Assembly (NCBI GenBank): GCA_029982205.1
Contig: JARRCM010000010.1
Coordinates: 2,117 to 66,116, forward strand
Reading direction: 5' to 3'
Length of the DNA stretch: 64,000 nucleotides
DNA from: Thermosediminibacterales bacterium
Lineage (GTDB): Bacteria; Bacillota; Thermosediminibacteria; Koleobacterales; JARRCM01
Positions 50,363 to 58,981 of this stretch are shown piece by piece (position 1 is the first letter of the stretch; the number at the start of each line of letters is the position of its first letter). Both the position numbers and the translations under genes were made by a program. The notes under the pieces were generated by a model. It did not search any database, was not told the origin of the DNA, and saw nothing but the letters and a program-made list of their open reading frames with translations.

Positions 50363-51625
50363 TTAACTCAGGGTATTTTTGATTGTTTGCCAGTAAGCTG
50401 TGGTTTCAAATCCTAATCTCCAAATTGCGATCCCCCCTAAATTATATGATTCTACTAACTGAAGTTTCAATTTTACGCTGTGTTCATTCTCAAACCAAAC
50501 CTGATGTTTTTTCCCATTCTTCCAGTAGATATAATAAGGTTGTTGGAAATAGTCATGCCAAGCCAACCAACCATTGTTAATCCTGATTAAATCATTTATT
50601 TGATTTAGAGGCACCATGTTTGTCGTTTTATAATGGGACCAATCATAACCATAAGCACCAATACCTAATAATATTTTCTCCCTTGGTATACGTGAAACGG
50701 CATAGTTTATAACGCTCTTTACCCATTGAATTGAAGCAGTAGGCCCTGGATTTCCTCCTGACCAGTGTTCATCATATGCCATAATCACAACAAAATCAGC
50801 AACTTGTCCAATTTGTTTATAATCATAACCCCCAGACCATCCGTTATATGGATCATCCCATGTTTTAGCAGGAACTGAAACGGAAAGCTCAAGACCTTTA
50901 AGTCTTAGTGCACTTCTAAGTTCCCAGAGGAATGATATGTAGTTCCATTTGTTTTTGAAACTTATACCCTCAATATCAATATTAACCCCTGCATAGCCAT
51001 CCCTTTCGATAATCCAAAGTATATTATTAATTAATCTTTTTCTTTTGGCATAACTTTTTAATACAGCTTCAGCAGTAAATTTATCAAATTGATTGTTGTT
51101 AAAATTATGAATTAATACCAGGGGTTTTACTCCTTTTTCCCATGCTGTTTTTATAGTTTTATAAGGGGTTGTGCCTGTTAGATCTCCTGAATATGTCAAA
51201 CCATAAGAAAAAGTTGCTACAGAATCTAATGTTTTTGAGTTTTTTAAAAGTGAATAATATGAACGGTTATCACCGTTATAATCTTCTGCTGCAAATCCCA
51301 TAACTTTTCTTTTAACACTAGCATCATATATAATACTATTTAAAGCTGCAATAGTATTTTTACCGAAAACACCATCAGGGAACAGCCCCATAGACCTTTG
51401 AAAATTCATCACTGCCTTTTGTGTAATATGTCCATATATACCATCTATTTTTGAATGATAAAAACCAAGTTTGCTAAGCATTTCTTGAAGCTCTGCTACA
51501 TCTTTTCCTTGATTGCCGATTTTTAAAGTTCTGCTAAAAGCTAAAACTTCTGCGTTAAAAAATAAAAAAGAAGCAATAATTAACACAACAGAAACAATTA
51601 TAACAGCAACTCTCTTTCTTTCCAT
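50363..51625 (-). CDS. GH18 glycoside hydrolase with N-terminal peptidoglycan-binding domain
   Basis: Signal/TM segment, PG_binding_1 motif (GNQGKDVAELQEMLSKLGFY..DGIYG..T..AV..FQ) and a GH18 core with catalytic GVNIDIEG. It resembles YaaH/SleL-type cortex hydrolases. Confidence 0.8.
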   Translation of the reverse strand: MERKRVAVIIVSVVLIIASFLFFNAEVLAFSRTLKIGNQGKDVAELQEMLSKLGFYHSKIDGIYGHITQKAVMNFQRSMGLFPDGVFGKNTIAALNSIIYDASVKRKVMGFAAEDYNGDNRSYYSLLKNSKTLDSVATFSYGLTYSGDLTGTTPYKTIKTAWEKGVKPLVLIHNFNNNQFDKFTAEAVLKSYAKRKRLINNILWIIERDGYAGVNIDIEGISFKNKWNYISFLWELRSALRLKGLELSVSVPAKTWDDPYNGWSGGYDYKQIGQVADFVVIMAYDEHWSGGNPGPTASIQWVKSVINYAVSRIPREKILLGIGAYGYDWSHYKTTNMVPLNQINDLIRINNGWLAWHDYFQQPYYIYWKNGKKHQVWFENEHSVKLKLQLVESYNLGGIAIWRLGFETTAYWQTIKNTLS

Positions 51626-51719
51626 CCTTTTCCTCCCTCAAAAAAGCTATATGCCCTATAATTAAGTATCACATATGAGAAAAGGAAGATTCAAGTATAT
51701 ATTGTTTCCTAATAAGTTA

Positions 51720-51755
51720 AATAAAACAACCTCTGGCATTAGATTCCAGAGGTTG
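51720..51755 (-). terminator. rho-independent terminator after the DUF1893 gene
   Basis: Minus strand has CAACCTCTGG-AATCTAATG-CCAGAGGTTG followed by TTTTATTT. The stop codon lies in the loop. Confidence 0.7.
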
Positions 51756-52167
51756 CCAAAAATTCTTTAATCTTTAGTAGAATTTGACTTGGTTCTTCTA
51801 AACCACTTGTTAACTTTTCTACAGGACATAAATCAGTTTTTTTCCTGTTGAGTATATTAGGAACGATTTTTTCGTGTTTCACTATTACGCCTTTTTGTTT
51901 CAAAAAATTTAAAGCCCAACGGGTTATTACTGGAGTATAAAGACTAGAGACCTGTCCTGTTGCCATAACAGCTGCAGACCCCCTCCCTACGACTTTATCG
52001 GCAATGCTTGCTCCATTCAAATCTGAACCCAGTTCTTCTAATGTTTCCATCAAAGGTTTAACCCCACGACCCGTTTTTGTAGAAATAACTTTTTTGTTTT
52101 TAACTACTACTAAAGATAAATTATGGTTGTTTTTAAGGGTAGTTTCTGCTACAATTAAATCTTCCAC
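51739..52167 (-). CDS. DUF1893 (TM1506-like) protein
   Basis: 142 aa. Motifs LVVVKNKKVISTKTGRGVKPL, DKVVGRGSA and CPVEKL resemble the DUF1893 family. Confidence 0.65.
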   Translation of the reverse strand: MEDLIVAETTLKNNHNLSLVVVKNKKVISTKTGRGVKPLMETLEELGSDLNGASIADKVVGRGSAAVMATGQVSSLYTPVITRWALNFLKQKGVIVKHEKIVPNILNRKKTDLCPVEKLTSGLEEPSQILLKIKEFLATSGI

Positions 52168-52179
52168 ACAGTTTCCTCC

Positions 52180-52839
52180 CTAATAAATATTTTTATATCT
52201 TTTCTCTATACCAATCGATAATTCCTTCTGGAACAAATTATAATAGTGTTTTTTAACAAGTTTGATGTAATATTGCGGAATATCAGTTCCATTTTCAACT
52301 GCTCTGTCAACGTTCCCATATCCCCAATTATAACCTGCTAAAACTTTTTCTAAATCATTATCGTATTTCTTCATTAAAAAAGCTAAAATATATGTTCCCA
52401 TATGAATATTGTTATCAATATTAAAAAGAGTTTCCGGCCCTTCATACTTTAATTTCATGCCCCTGGCCCAGCTGGCAGCATGAGCTTCAAGTATTTGCAT
52501 TAACCCTATATCGTTATGCCTACCTTTTATATAAGGATCAAACCCGCTTTCAGCAGCTATAATCGCATAAATCAAGTCTTCAGGTAAATTATACTTTTTA
52601 CTGTATTTATTTACAGATTTTATGATTTGATTTATCTCTTCACTGCTTAAGTCAGGATTATATTTTTTAATCATATTATAAATGTTTATCCTTCTATTTA
52701 AAATCGTAGGAGCTTGTTTCTTAATAGTTTCTATATTTTTTATAATATCTTCATGAATCGAATCATTTTTAATATCTTTAACGGGATTTAAAATGAGTGA
52801 AGTTGATAAAACAACTATAGCAATTATCTTTCCCATCAA
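52180..52839 (-). CDS. lytic transglycosylase (SLT domain)
   Basis: 219 aa. N-terminal anchor and SLT catalytic motif AESGFDP...IGLMQI. Confidence 0.85.
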   Translation of the reverse strand: MMGKIIAIVVLSTSLILNPVKDIKNDSIHEDIIKNIETIKKQAPTILNRRINIYNMIKKYNPDLSSEEINQIIKSVNKYSKKYNLPEDLIYAIIAAESGFDPYIKGRHNDIGLMQILEAHAASWARGMKLKYEGPETLFNIDNNIHMGTYILAFLMKKYDNDLEKVLAGYNWGYGNVDRAVENGTDIPQYYIKLVKKHYYNLFQKELSIGIEKRYKNIY

Positions 52840-53017
52840 AAATTCCCTTCCTTTCTTTATTTAATCTGTTACCATTTTTTGGTTTTATATTCAGCACTTA
52901 AATATTATATATTTGATGTATTATATTTGTCAAACATTTTAAATATGTTAAATATGTTATTAGATTTGTGAGAAAATAAAAAAGTAGAATCGAAAAGCAG
53001 AATTAAGTAGGAGGGAT

Positions 53018-53962
53018 ATGTTTTTGTTTGCTAGAAAATTAATATTAACAGTTTTACTTATAATTACTATCTTTACGACAGGTTTTAGCCCTAAAGCAAA
53101 TGTTTCTCCCAGGTGTAGCTGTAAAGAAGACAGGCAATTAGCTTTAAAGAACCCTTATATGTCTGGTGCTGATGTTAAAGAAATTCAACAACAACTTCAA
53201 AATCTCGGTTTTTATAAAGGGAAAACTGATGGGATTTACGGACCTGAAACAGCAGAAGCCGTGAAACTCTTTCAAAAAAAATACAACCTTCTTGCTGATG
53301 GAATATTAGGATTCCAAACTTATAATAAACTTGCCAAGTTGTTTGATGTGCCTGTTTCACTGAAACCAACTACGCCTCCACCCGGCAAAGTATCAATTTT
53401 TATTGATACCTTTGAGCGAAAACTTACTATATTATCTGATGGTAAACCATACAAAGAATATTCCGTTGCTGTGGGGAAATGGCATACTCCCACTCCTTTA
53501 GGGGTTTGGAAAATTACTCAGAAAGCTGTATGGGGTGAAGGTTTTGGAAGTCGTTGGATGAGAATAAGTGTTCCATGGGGAATTTATGGTATCCATGGCA
53601 CAAACAAGCCCTGGTCAATAGGAAATTACGCATCTGCTGGATGTATCAGGATGTATAACCGTCATGTGGAAGAAATTTATCGTTGGGTATCTATAGGAAC
53701 ACCTGTTGTAATAGTAGGAGGGCCTTATGGGCCTTTCACATCCGGTTTTAGGACATTGGTAAAAGGAGATAAAGGTTCTGATGTTGTGGAAGTTCAAAAA
53801 AGGTTAAAGTTTTTGGGGTATTATAACGGTAATATTGACGGTATTTTTGGTTGGGGCATGGAGAAAGCGGTTAAACGGTTCCAAAAAGACAAAAAAATCC
53901 CTATAACGGGACAGGTAACGAAAAAGGTTTATGATGAACTTCAAATAATAAGGTTTGAATAG
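53018..53962 (+). CDS. L,D-transpeptidase with two peptidoglycan-binding domains
   Basis: YkuD catalytic motif HGTN..SIGNYASAGCIRM, flanked by two PG_binding_1 repeats (GADVKEIQQQLQNLGFY; GSDVVEVQKRLKFLGYY). AGGAGGG SD at 53008-14. Confidence 0.9.
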   Translation: MFLFARKLILTVLLIITIFTTGFSPKANVSPRCSCKEDRQLALKNPYMSGADVKEIQQQLQNLGFYKGKTDGIYGPETAEAVKLFQKKYNLLADGILGFQTYNKLAKLFDVPVSLKPTTPPPGKVSIFIDTFERKLTILSDGKPYKEYSVAVGKWHTPTPLGVWKITQKAVWGEGFGSRWMRISVPWGIYGIHGTNKPWSIGNYASAGCIRMYNRHVEEIYRWVSIGTPVVIVGGPYGPFTSGFRTLVKGDKGSDVVEVQKRLKFLGYYNGNIDGIFGWGMEKAVKRFQKDKKIPITGQVTKKVYDELQIIRFE

Positions 53963-53983
53963 AAAAACAGTCATAAAATCATA

Positions 53984-54012
53984 TTGAATTTTGGGAGGGA
54001 ATATGGTATTAT
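53984..54012 (+). promoter_or_regulatory. putative promoter for tRNA-Leu
   Basis: TTGAAT (53984-89), a 17 nt spacer, then TATTAT (54007-12). This is about 24 nt upstream of the tRNA 5' end. Confidence 0.5.
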
Positions 54013-54035
54013 TTATATTGTTAAAATCGATATAA

Positions 54036-54123
54036 GCCGAAGTGGTGGAATTGGCAGACGCGCTAGATTCAGGGTCTAGTGTGCATCACGCACGTGGGGG
54101 TTCGAATCCCCCCTTCGGCACCA
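54036..54123 (+). tRNA. tRNA-Leu (anticodon CAG), CCA encoded
   Basis: GCCGAAGTGGTGGAATTGGCAGACGCGCTAGATTCAGGGTCTAGTGTGCATCACGCACGTGGGGGTTCGAATCCCCCCTTCGGCACCA. Anticodon stem is CTAGA/TCTAG and the loop is TTCAGGG. It has a long variable arm. Confidence 0.92.
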
Positions 54124-54133
54124 TGTATATCAA

Positions 54134-54165
54134 GGCTTTCAGGGCTTTACTGAAAGTCTTTTTTG
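54134..54165 (+). terminator. rho-independent terminator after tRNA-Leu
   Basis: GGCTTTCAG-GGCTTTA-CTGAAAGTC followed by TTTTTTG. Confidence 0.8.
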
Positions 54166-54499
54166 TTATTTAGAAATGTTTTGACCACAATTTTGACTAC
54201 CATAAAAAATATTACTCAACTCTCACACATTGAAAATTCCTGTCTACCCTTAATATAAGCGAGAAGAGACTGAATAAATCAACTCAAAATAAGAGTATCC
54301 TTAATGGAAATAAGTAATTTGATTTCAGGGTTTATAGGGATACCAGCTTGACCCTTTATAATTGGAAAATATACACTTATATCATAGCTGCTTCTTTGTA
54401 GTTTTTATTTTATCAAACCACAAAGAAGATTATTTAGAATAGCAGCTGGGGAATTTTTATTCCCATAAGTGGGTATTTTTATTTTACCATTGACAATAT

Positions 54500-54672
54500 A
54501 CTCTCTCTTTGCGGTTTCCCGTGCAGAGTAGGGTCTCCCCAGTTCCGTGATCTACTATAACTTCATATCGCTTTGACACATCCAGCCCTGTAGCTAACCG
54601 GCCCCTTGGCGGCTACCGGCACCGGACTTTCACCGGCAAGCAAATCACAGCTTTGCTGGGCATGCGGCGCAC
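54500..54672 (-). other. GC-rich structured segment, possible truncated group II intron 5' end
   Basis: The minus strand starts GTGCGCCGCATGCCCAGC 5 nt after the bioA terminator stem. It contains GGTGAAAGTCCGG and ACTGGGGAGACCCTA, which are reminiscent of intron domain I. No RT ORF and no domain V were found downstream. Confidence 0.35.
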
Positions 54673-54676
54673 GCAA

Positions 54677-54704
54677 AACAGGCGGGTAAGTTTACCCGCC
54701 TGTT
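54677..54704. terminator. bidirectional rho-independent terminator downstream of bioA
   Basis: AACAGGCGGGTAA-GT-TTACCCGCCTGTT is a 13-bp perfect stem with T-runs on both strands. Confidence 0.88.
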
Positions 54705-54726
54705 TTGTTTTACACAGGTCTTTTTC

Positions 54727-56073
54727 CTATATGCCGAAATACTGGTTAATGGACTGGAATGCCACATTTACCATTAACTCTATGTCTTTTTCTTCCACAA
54801 CATAGGGAGGCATGAAATATATCACATTGCCCAGGGGGCGAAGCAGAATACCTTTATCCAAGGCTATTCTGTATATGTGATACCCCACCCTTTTAGTCCA
54901 TTCAAATTCTTCCCTGGTTTTTTTGTCCTTGACTAGCTCCAGCGCTCCTACCATGCCCAGCTGACGGAACTCACCAACGTAGGGGTGATCTTTCGCAAGC
55001 TCAGTTGCCAGCTCGCCGATAAGTCTGGATTTTTGAATATTTTTCTCCAGCACCTTGTCTTCCTCAAAAATATTGAGGGATTCGCAGGCAACAGCACAGG
55101 CAATAGGATTTCCGGTATAACTGTGGCTGTGCATGAAGGCTTTTAATTCTGTGTAATCACAATAAAAGGCTCTGTATATCTCGTCTGTAACAAGGGTAAG
55201 GGATAGCGGCATGTACCCGGCAGTTAACCCTTTGGATAAACACATGATATCAGGGCTGATACCTGCATGTTCACAGGCAAACATCTTGCCCGTCCTGCCA
55301 AATCCTACCGCAATTTCATCAGCAATTAGATGTATATTATACTGTGTACACAGATCTCTTAGCTTTCTCAAATAGACCGGCGGATATATTTTCATGCCCG
55401 CGGCCCCTTGAACAAGAGGTTCAATAATAACCCCGCAAATCTCCCGGTGGTTTTGAGATACCAACCTCTCCATGTGTTCAAAGCATTCCGCACCGCAATC
55501 CTGCCTGCACCTGCCGTACTTGCACCGATAACAGTCCGGACCCTGAACTTTATAAGTCTTTATCAGAAGGGGTTTGTATATCTTACTATACAAATCAATG
55601 TCTCCTACCGAAAGGGCTCCCAGGGTTTCTCCATGGTATGCGTCGGATATGGCCACAAATCTGGTTTTACTGGGATTACCCGTCTGCTGGTGATACTGAA
55701 AACTCAGCTTGAGGGCCACTTCTACCGCCGAAGAACCGTTGTCGGCAAAAAATACTTTATTCAATCCTTCGGGCGTAATCTGAACAATCCTCTCCGCCAA
55801 TTCTATTGCCGGCCTGTGCGAAAAATTTGCAAAAATCACATGTTCCAGATTTTTAACCTGTCTCTGGATCGCCCTGTTAATCCTTTCGTTGCTGTGCCCG
55901 AATAGGTTAACCCACCAGGAAGATATAGCATCTAGGTAAGCCTTTCCATTTATGTCGTACAGGTATGCACCCTCCCCTCTTTCTATTACGATAGGCGGAA
56001 AATCTTCGTAATCCTTCATCTGGGAACAGGGGTGCCAGATATACCGCAAGTCTTTTTTCTGTAAATAGTTCAT
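54727..56073 (-). CDS. bioA: adenosylmethionine-8-amino-7-oxononanoate aminotransferase
   Basis: 448 aa class III aminotransferase. Motifs WHPCSQM, DEIAVGFGRTG and PLP-lysine region CLSKGLTAGY. It lies in an operon with bioD and bioB. Confidence 0.93.
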   Translation of the reverse strand: MNYLQKKDLRYIWHPCSQMKDYEDFPPIVIERGEGAYLYDINGKAYLDAISSWWVNLFGHSNERINRAIQRQVKNLEHVIFANFSHRPAIELAERIVQITPEGLNKVFFADNGSSAVEVALKLSFQYHQQTGNPSKTRFVAISDAYHGETLGALSVGDIDLYSKIYKPLLIKTYKVQGPDCYRCKYGRCRQDCGAECFEHMERLVSQNHREICGVIIEPLVQGAAGMKIYPPVYLRKLRDLCTQYNIHLIADEIAVGFGRTGKMFACEHAGISPDIMCLSKGLTAGYMPLSLTLVTDEIYRAFYCDYTELKAFMHSHSYTGNPIACAVACESLNIFEEDKVLEKNIQKSRLIGELATELAKDHPYVGEFRQLGMVGALELVKDKKTREEFEWTKRVGYHIYRIALDKGILLRPLGNVIYFMPPYVVEEKDIELMVNVAFQSINQYFGI

Positions 56074-56112
56074 GTTTCACCACCTTCTCTTTGATAAAAA
56101 ATAAAGTAAAAA

Positions 56113-56838
56113 CTACAGTTGGTTCATCAGCTCTATCAGCTTTTTCACGTTTATCCTTTTTTCAAATTCCTCCTTCAAATCGCCCATCTCTAATTTTTCT
56201 ACGTCTATACCGTCCATCCTATGTATAACGCCAATCACAGGTATCTCTGTTAACTTTTCTATTACTTCAATGTTGTCGTCCTCGCACAGGCTGCATCCGG
56301 TGTAACCATTCATAATAATACCTTTTACCCGGATACCGACGCTCTGAGCATACCTCACAGTGAGGACTGTGTGGTTGATGGTGCCCAGGCCGGCCCTGGT
56401 TACAACTATACTATGCATATCCAGCTCTCGAACAAGGTCATACAGCATATACCCGTCGTCGGTTAGAGGTACTATCAAACCACCGCTACCTTCAGCAACA
56501 ATGTAGTCATATTTACTTTTCAAATACTGGAACTTTTCCCTGATCACCCCCACATCAATAGGCTTGTCCTCCATTTTGGAAGCCAGGAGAGGGGATACAG
56601 GCGTTTTGAAAATATAAGGAGTAATGTTCTGGTAATCCTCCTCCAATCCCGATACAGCTTTTACAAACCGGGTATCCCCTGGAATAAGGCATCCATCTTC
56701 ATTTATTGCCCCGCTCAGCACAGGCTTGAAATAACAGGTATTGTACCCTTTTGACCTCAATAGGTACACAAGCCCTCCCGTTACAACTGTTTTGCCTACA
56801 TCTGTATCTGTACCAATTACGAATATACCTTTAGCCAT
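56113..56838 (-). CDS. bioD: dethiobiotin synthase
   Basis: 241 aa. P-loop GTDTDVGKT plus EGSGG. Confidence 0.92.
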   Translation of the reverse strand: MAKGIFVIGTDTDVGKTVVTGGLVYLLRSKGYNTCYFKPVLSGAINEDGCLIPGDTRFVKAVSGLEEDYQNITPYIFKTPVSPLLASKMEDKPIDVGVIREKFQYLKSKYDYIVAEGSGGLIVPLTDDGYMLYDLVRELDMHSIVVTRAGLGTINHTVLTVRYAQSVGIRVKGIIMNGYTGCSLCEDDNIEVIEKLTEIPVIGVIHRMDGIDVEKLEMGDLKEEFEKRINVKKLIELMNQL

Positions 56839-56841
56839 CCC

Positions 56842-57804
56842 CTATACCTCCAATCCTTCTTCCTTTATTATTGCAATATCTTCAGGAATACTATTACCTA
56901 CAGTGGTCAGATAGTTGCCCACAAGAGCAGCATTTATACCTGCATTAAATCCCAGTCTTTGAAGTCCTCCCAGAGTATTTCTGCCACCCGCATACCTGAT
57001 GAACCCATCGGGTATGATAAACCGAAATATTGACATGGTCTTCAAAATTTCTATCGGATTTAATTTCTCTGCATTCTCCAGCGGTGTACCTTTTATAGGA
57101 TTAAGTATGTTAACGGGAACAGACCTGACTCCCAGTTCCTTTATTTCGAAGGCCATTTTTATCCTGTCTTCCATACTCTCGCCCATACCGATAATCCCGC
57201 CGCAGCATACATCCAACCCTGCAGCCATTGCATTTTTAACGGTATCTATTCTGTCCTGGTAGGTATGGGTATCACATATCTTATGGAAGTAGTCGCGGCT
57301 TGTCTCAAGATTGTGATGGTACATGGTAACCCCTGCTTCTTTAAGCCTCACAGCCTGATCATGGGAAATAATGCCAAGGGAAGCGCATAGCTGCAGTTTA
57401 GTTTTCTGTCTCAAAACTTTATATATCTCGATAACCCTGTCAAACTCTTTTTTTGAGAGGGCTTTTCCGCTGGTAACAAGCGAAAAACGGTGAACGCCAT
57501 GCATCTCATTTTCTTTAGCCATTCTTAGAGCTTCTTCTACGCTTATCAAAGGATATTCCTGGACTCCTGTACGGTAATGGGCCGACTGAGCACAAAACTT
57601 GCAATTTTCGGGGCACCTACCCGATTTTGCGTTCATGATAGTACACAGATCTACTCTATTACCTTTAAACTTCTGGCGAATTCTGTTTGCAGCAGCAAAC
57701 AGTCCCTCCACATCCTCAACCTGGGCCAGTTGTATTGCTTCTTCAAAACTAATGGATTGTCCAGACATTACCTTATTTTCAATTTTTCTTACAACACTCT
57801 CCAT
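56842..57804 (-). CDS. bioB: biotin synthase
   Basis: Radical SAM motif CPENCKFC plus the YNHNLETS-like HHNLETS. I place the start at the ATG at 57804 (MESVVRK), 7 nt after GAGAGGAAG. The ORF-track 32-aa extension is Cys/Arg-rich and unlikely to be real. Confidence 0.93.
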   Translation of the reverse strand: MESVVRKIENKVMSGQSISFEEAIQLAQVEDVEGLFAAANRIRQKFKGNRVDLCTIMNAKSGRCPENCKFCAQSAHYRTGVQEYPLISVEEALRMAKENEMHGVHRFSLVTSGKALSKKEFDRVIEIYKVLRQKTKLQLCASLGIISHDQAVRLKEAGVTMYHHNLETSRDYFHKICDTHTYQDRIDTVKNAMAAGLDVCCGGIIGMGESMEDRIKMAFEIKELGVRSVPVNILNPIKGTPLENAEKLNPIEILKTMSIFRFIIPDGFIRYAGGRNTLGGLQRLGFNAGINAALVGNYLTTVGNSIPEDIAIIKEEGLEV

Positions 57805-57945
57805 AGCAAAACTTCCTCTCTCTAATGTGAATTTAGTGTTTAACTCAATACCAGTTCCCCTCCGGTGCCGGCAACAAATCCATAGAATACAGCCTGTCAT
57901 ATTCTCCCGGGATCATTAAGGTCTCAGGTAATATCATACAATAAT

Positions 57946-57974
57946 AGAATAAACAAAAAACGAGCTATTGTCAA
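57946..57974 (-). promoter_or_regulatory. putative bioBDA promoter
   Basis: Minus strand has TTGACA (57974-69, inside the operator arm), a 17 nt spacer, then TATTCT (57951-46). Confidence 0.5.
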
Positions 57975-58004
57975 CCAAAAATATTGCTTCGGTTGACAAT
58001 AGCT
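57963..58004. promoter_or_regulatory. BirA operator (bioO) of the bioBDA operon
   Basis: AGCTATTGTCAACC-N14-GGTTGACAATAGCT has perfect 14-nt arms. It matches the Firmicute BirA site type TGTnAAC-N(14-16)-GTTnACA. Confidence 0.85.
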
Positions 58005-58059
58005 TCTTCTATACACGCCCTTCGCTTCCCCGCTCAAAAGCAAGCTATTTCTAGCTAGC

Positions 58060-58749
58060 GTTAAACCAGCAGTTGCCGAATACCCACCCGTCTTCCTTAT
58101 ACTGTCAGAGTTCCATGCCTTGTCTACGAATGTTTCATTTACATACCTTGAAGCCTTTAAAAAGATAATCGGCTTTAATAAGCTTATATCTGATACAGTA
58201 ACACATCAAAAGGCTCCAAACTCAATATTCTCAACTGCAGGTGTCCTGGAATATATGATCGATTCCATAATTCACAGGGTTATTCAAGGTTTTCTCATAT
58301 GGATGAGCTTCATAAAGACAATGCATATGTCAAAATCAAAGGTGCCAATTCGCCAAATGAGAAGGTTTGCAGGGATTTGCTAAAAGTATTACCAGACAAA
58401 ACCCTTTAAGAACTTAGAATACTCAACAAGAAGCTCCTTGCCATGCAAGCTTCAAATGAAGCAAATCGTGAAATTACACTCAATTTCGATGATACTGTAT
58501 GTACCATATTCGGTCATCAAGAGGATGCTGGAAAATGAACTCTTCCTTCTTGTCAAAATGATAGCCTACAACCTACACAACTGGTTTAAAAGAAGCATCT
58601 TACCCGCTTAGATACGCCATCACGAAATTACCACCATACGCAGGATATTATATAAAGTTGCCGGTAACATAGTAGGAAACGGAAGATACAGACATATACG
58701 TTTTGCTCCCAATCCGTGGCTTAAGCGAGTAATTACACATAAGGGTTGA
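58060..58749 (+). pseudogene. decayed DDE transposase (IS1380/IS4-like) remnant
   Basis: Several short frames encode pieces such as FNKLISDTVTHQKAPNSIFSTAGVLEYMIDSII, ITLNFDDTVCTIFGHQEDA and LLVKMIAYNLHNWFK..TIRRILYKVAGNIV. These are broken by stops and deletions. The family assignment is by recollection only. Confidence 0.6.
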
Positions 58750-58875
58750 ATAAACAATATTTTACAATTATTGGTCTATGGTTGGTGCTTTTCTAAATCA
58801 CTTGCCGGTTTCAGGTTGAAATATAATTTGGAACACAAAACCCCTGCGAAACCGCTGGGGTTTTGTGTTGGGAAT

Positions 58876-58909
58876 ATTGTTAACCAAAACCAAAATTTTA
58901 GTTGACAAT
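58876..58909. promoter_or_regulatory. BirA operator (bioO) of the bioWF operon
   Basis: ATTGTTAACC-N14-AGTTGACAAT. The half sites are nearly identical to the bioB operator. Confidence 0.8.
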
Positions 58910-58930
58910 TCGGGATGAAAGTAGTATAAT
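58902..58930 (+). promoter_or_regulatory. bioWF promoter
   Basis: TTGACA (58902-07, inside the right operator arm), a 17 nt spacer, then TATAAT (58925-30). Both hexamers are exact consensus. Confidence 0.75.
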
Positions 58931-58981
58931 CCTGTTGGCTAAAAGACATGAATTAAGTTAACAATCACAGGAGGTATTAAG

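Noticed and set aside
54170-54500. Possible integrase or attachment-site remnant directly downstream of tRNA-Leu
   Set aside because: There is no ORF of any length, and I saw no repeat of the tRNA 3' end further right. The only feature is a nested inverted repeat (AGCTGCT..TTCTTTGT...ACAAAGAA..AGCAGCT at about 54388-54455) of unknown meaning.
54590-54640. GCCGGTGAAAGTCCGGTGCCGG (minus strand), which looked like the core of a cobalamin riboswitch
   Set aside because: I found no B12-box and no CCCGCCACTG-type element. No gene lies downstream on that strand. The context fits a group II intron fragment better, and even that is only tentative.
55408-55905. 165-aa plus-strand ORF inside bioA, and similar long antisense ORFs (5015-5326, 5603-5950, 29416-29820, 35763-36212, 49819-50382, 25507-25920)
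   Set aside because: All lie antisense to or out of frame with genes that carry strong family motifs. Their translations are Ser/Leu/Ile-rich and low in complexity, and they lack SD sequences.
57805-57900. 32-aa N-terminal extension of bioB (MTGCILWICCRHRRGTG...)
   Set aside because: It is Cys/Arg-rich and has no SD. A good SD precedes the internal ATG at 57804, which yields a normal BioB N-terminus.
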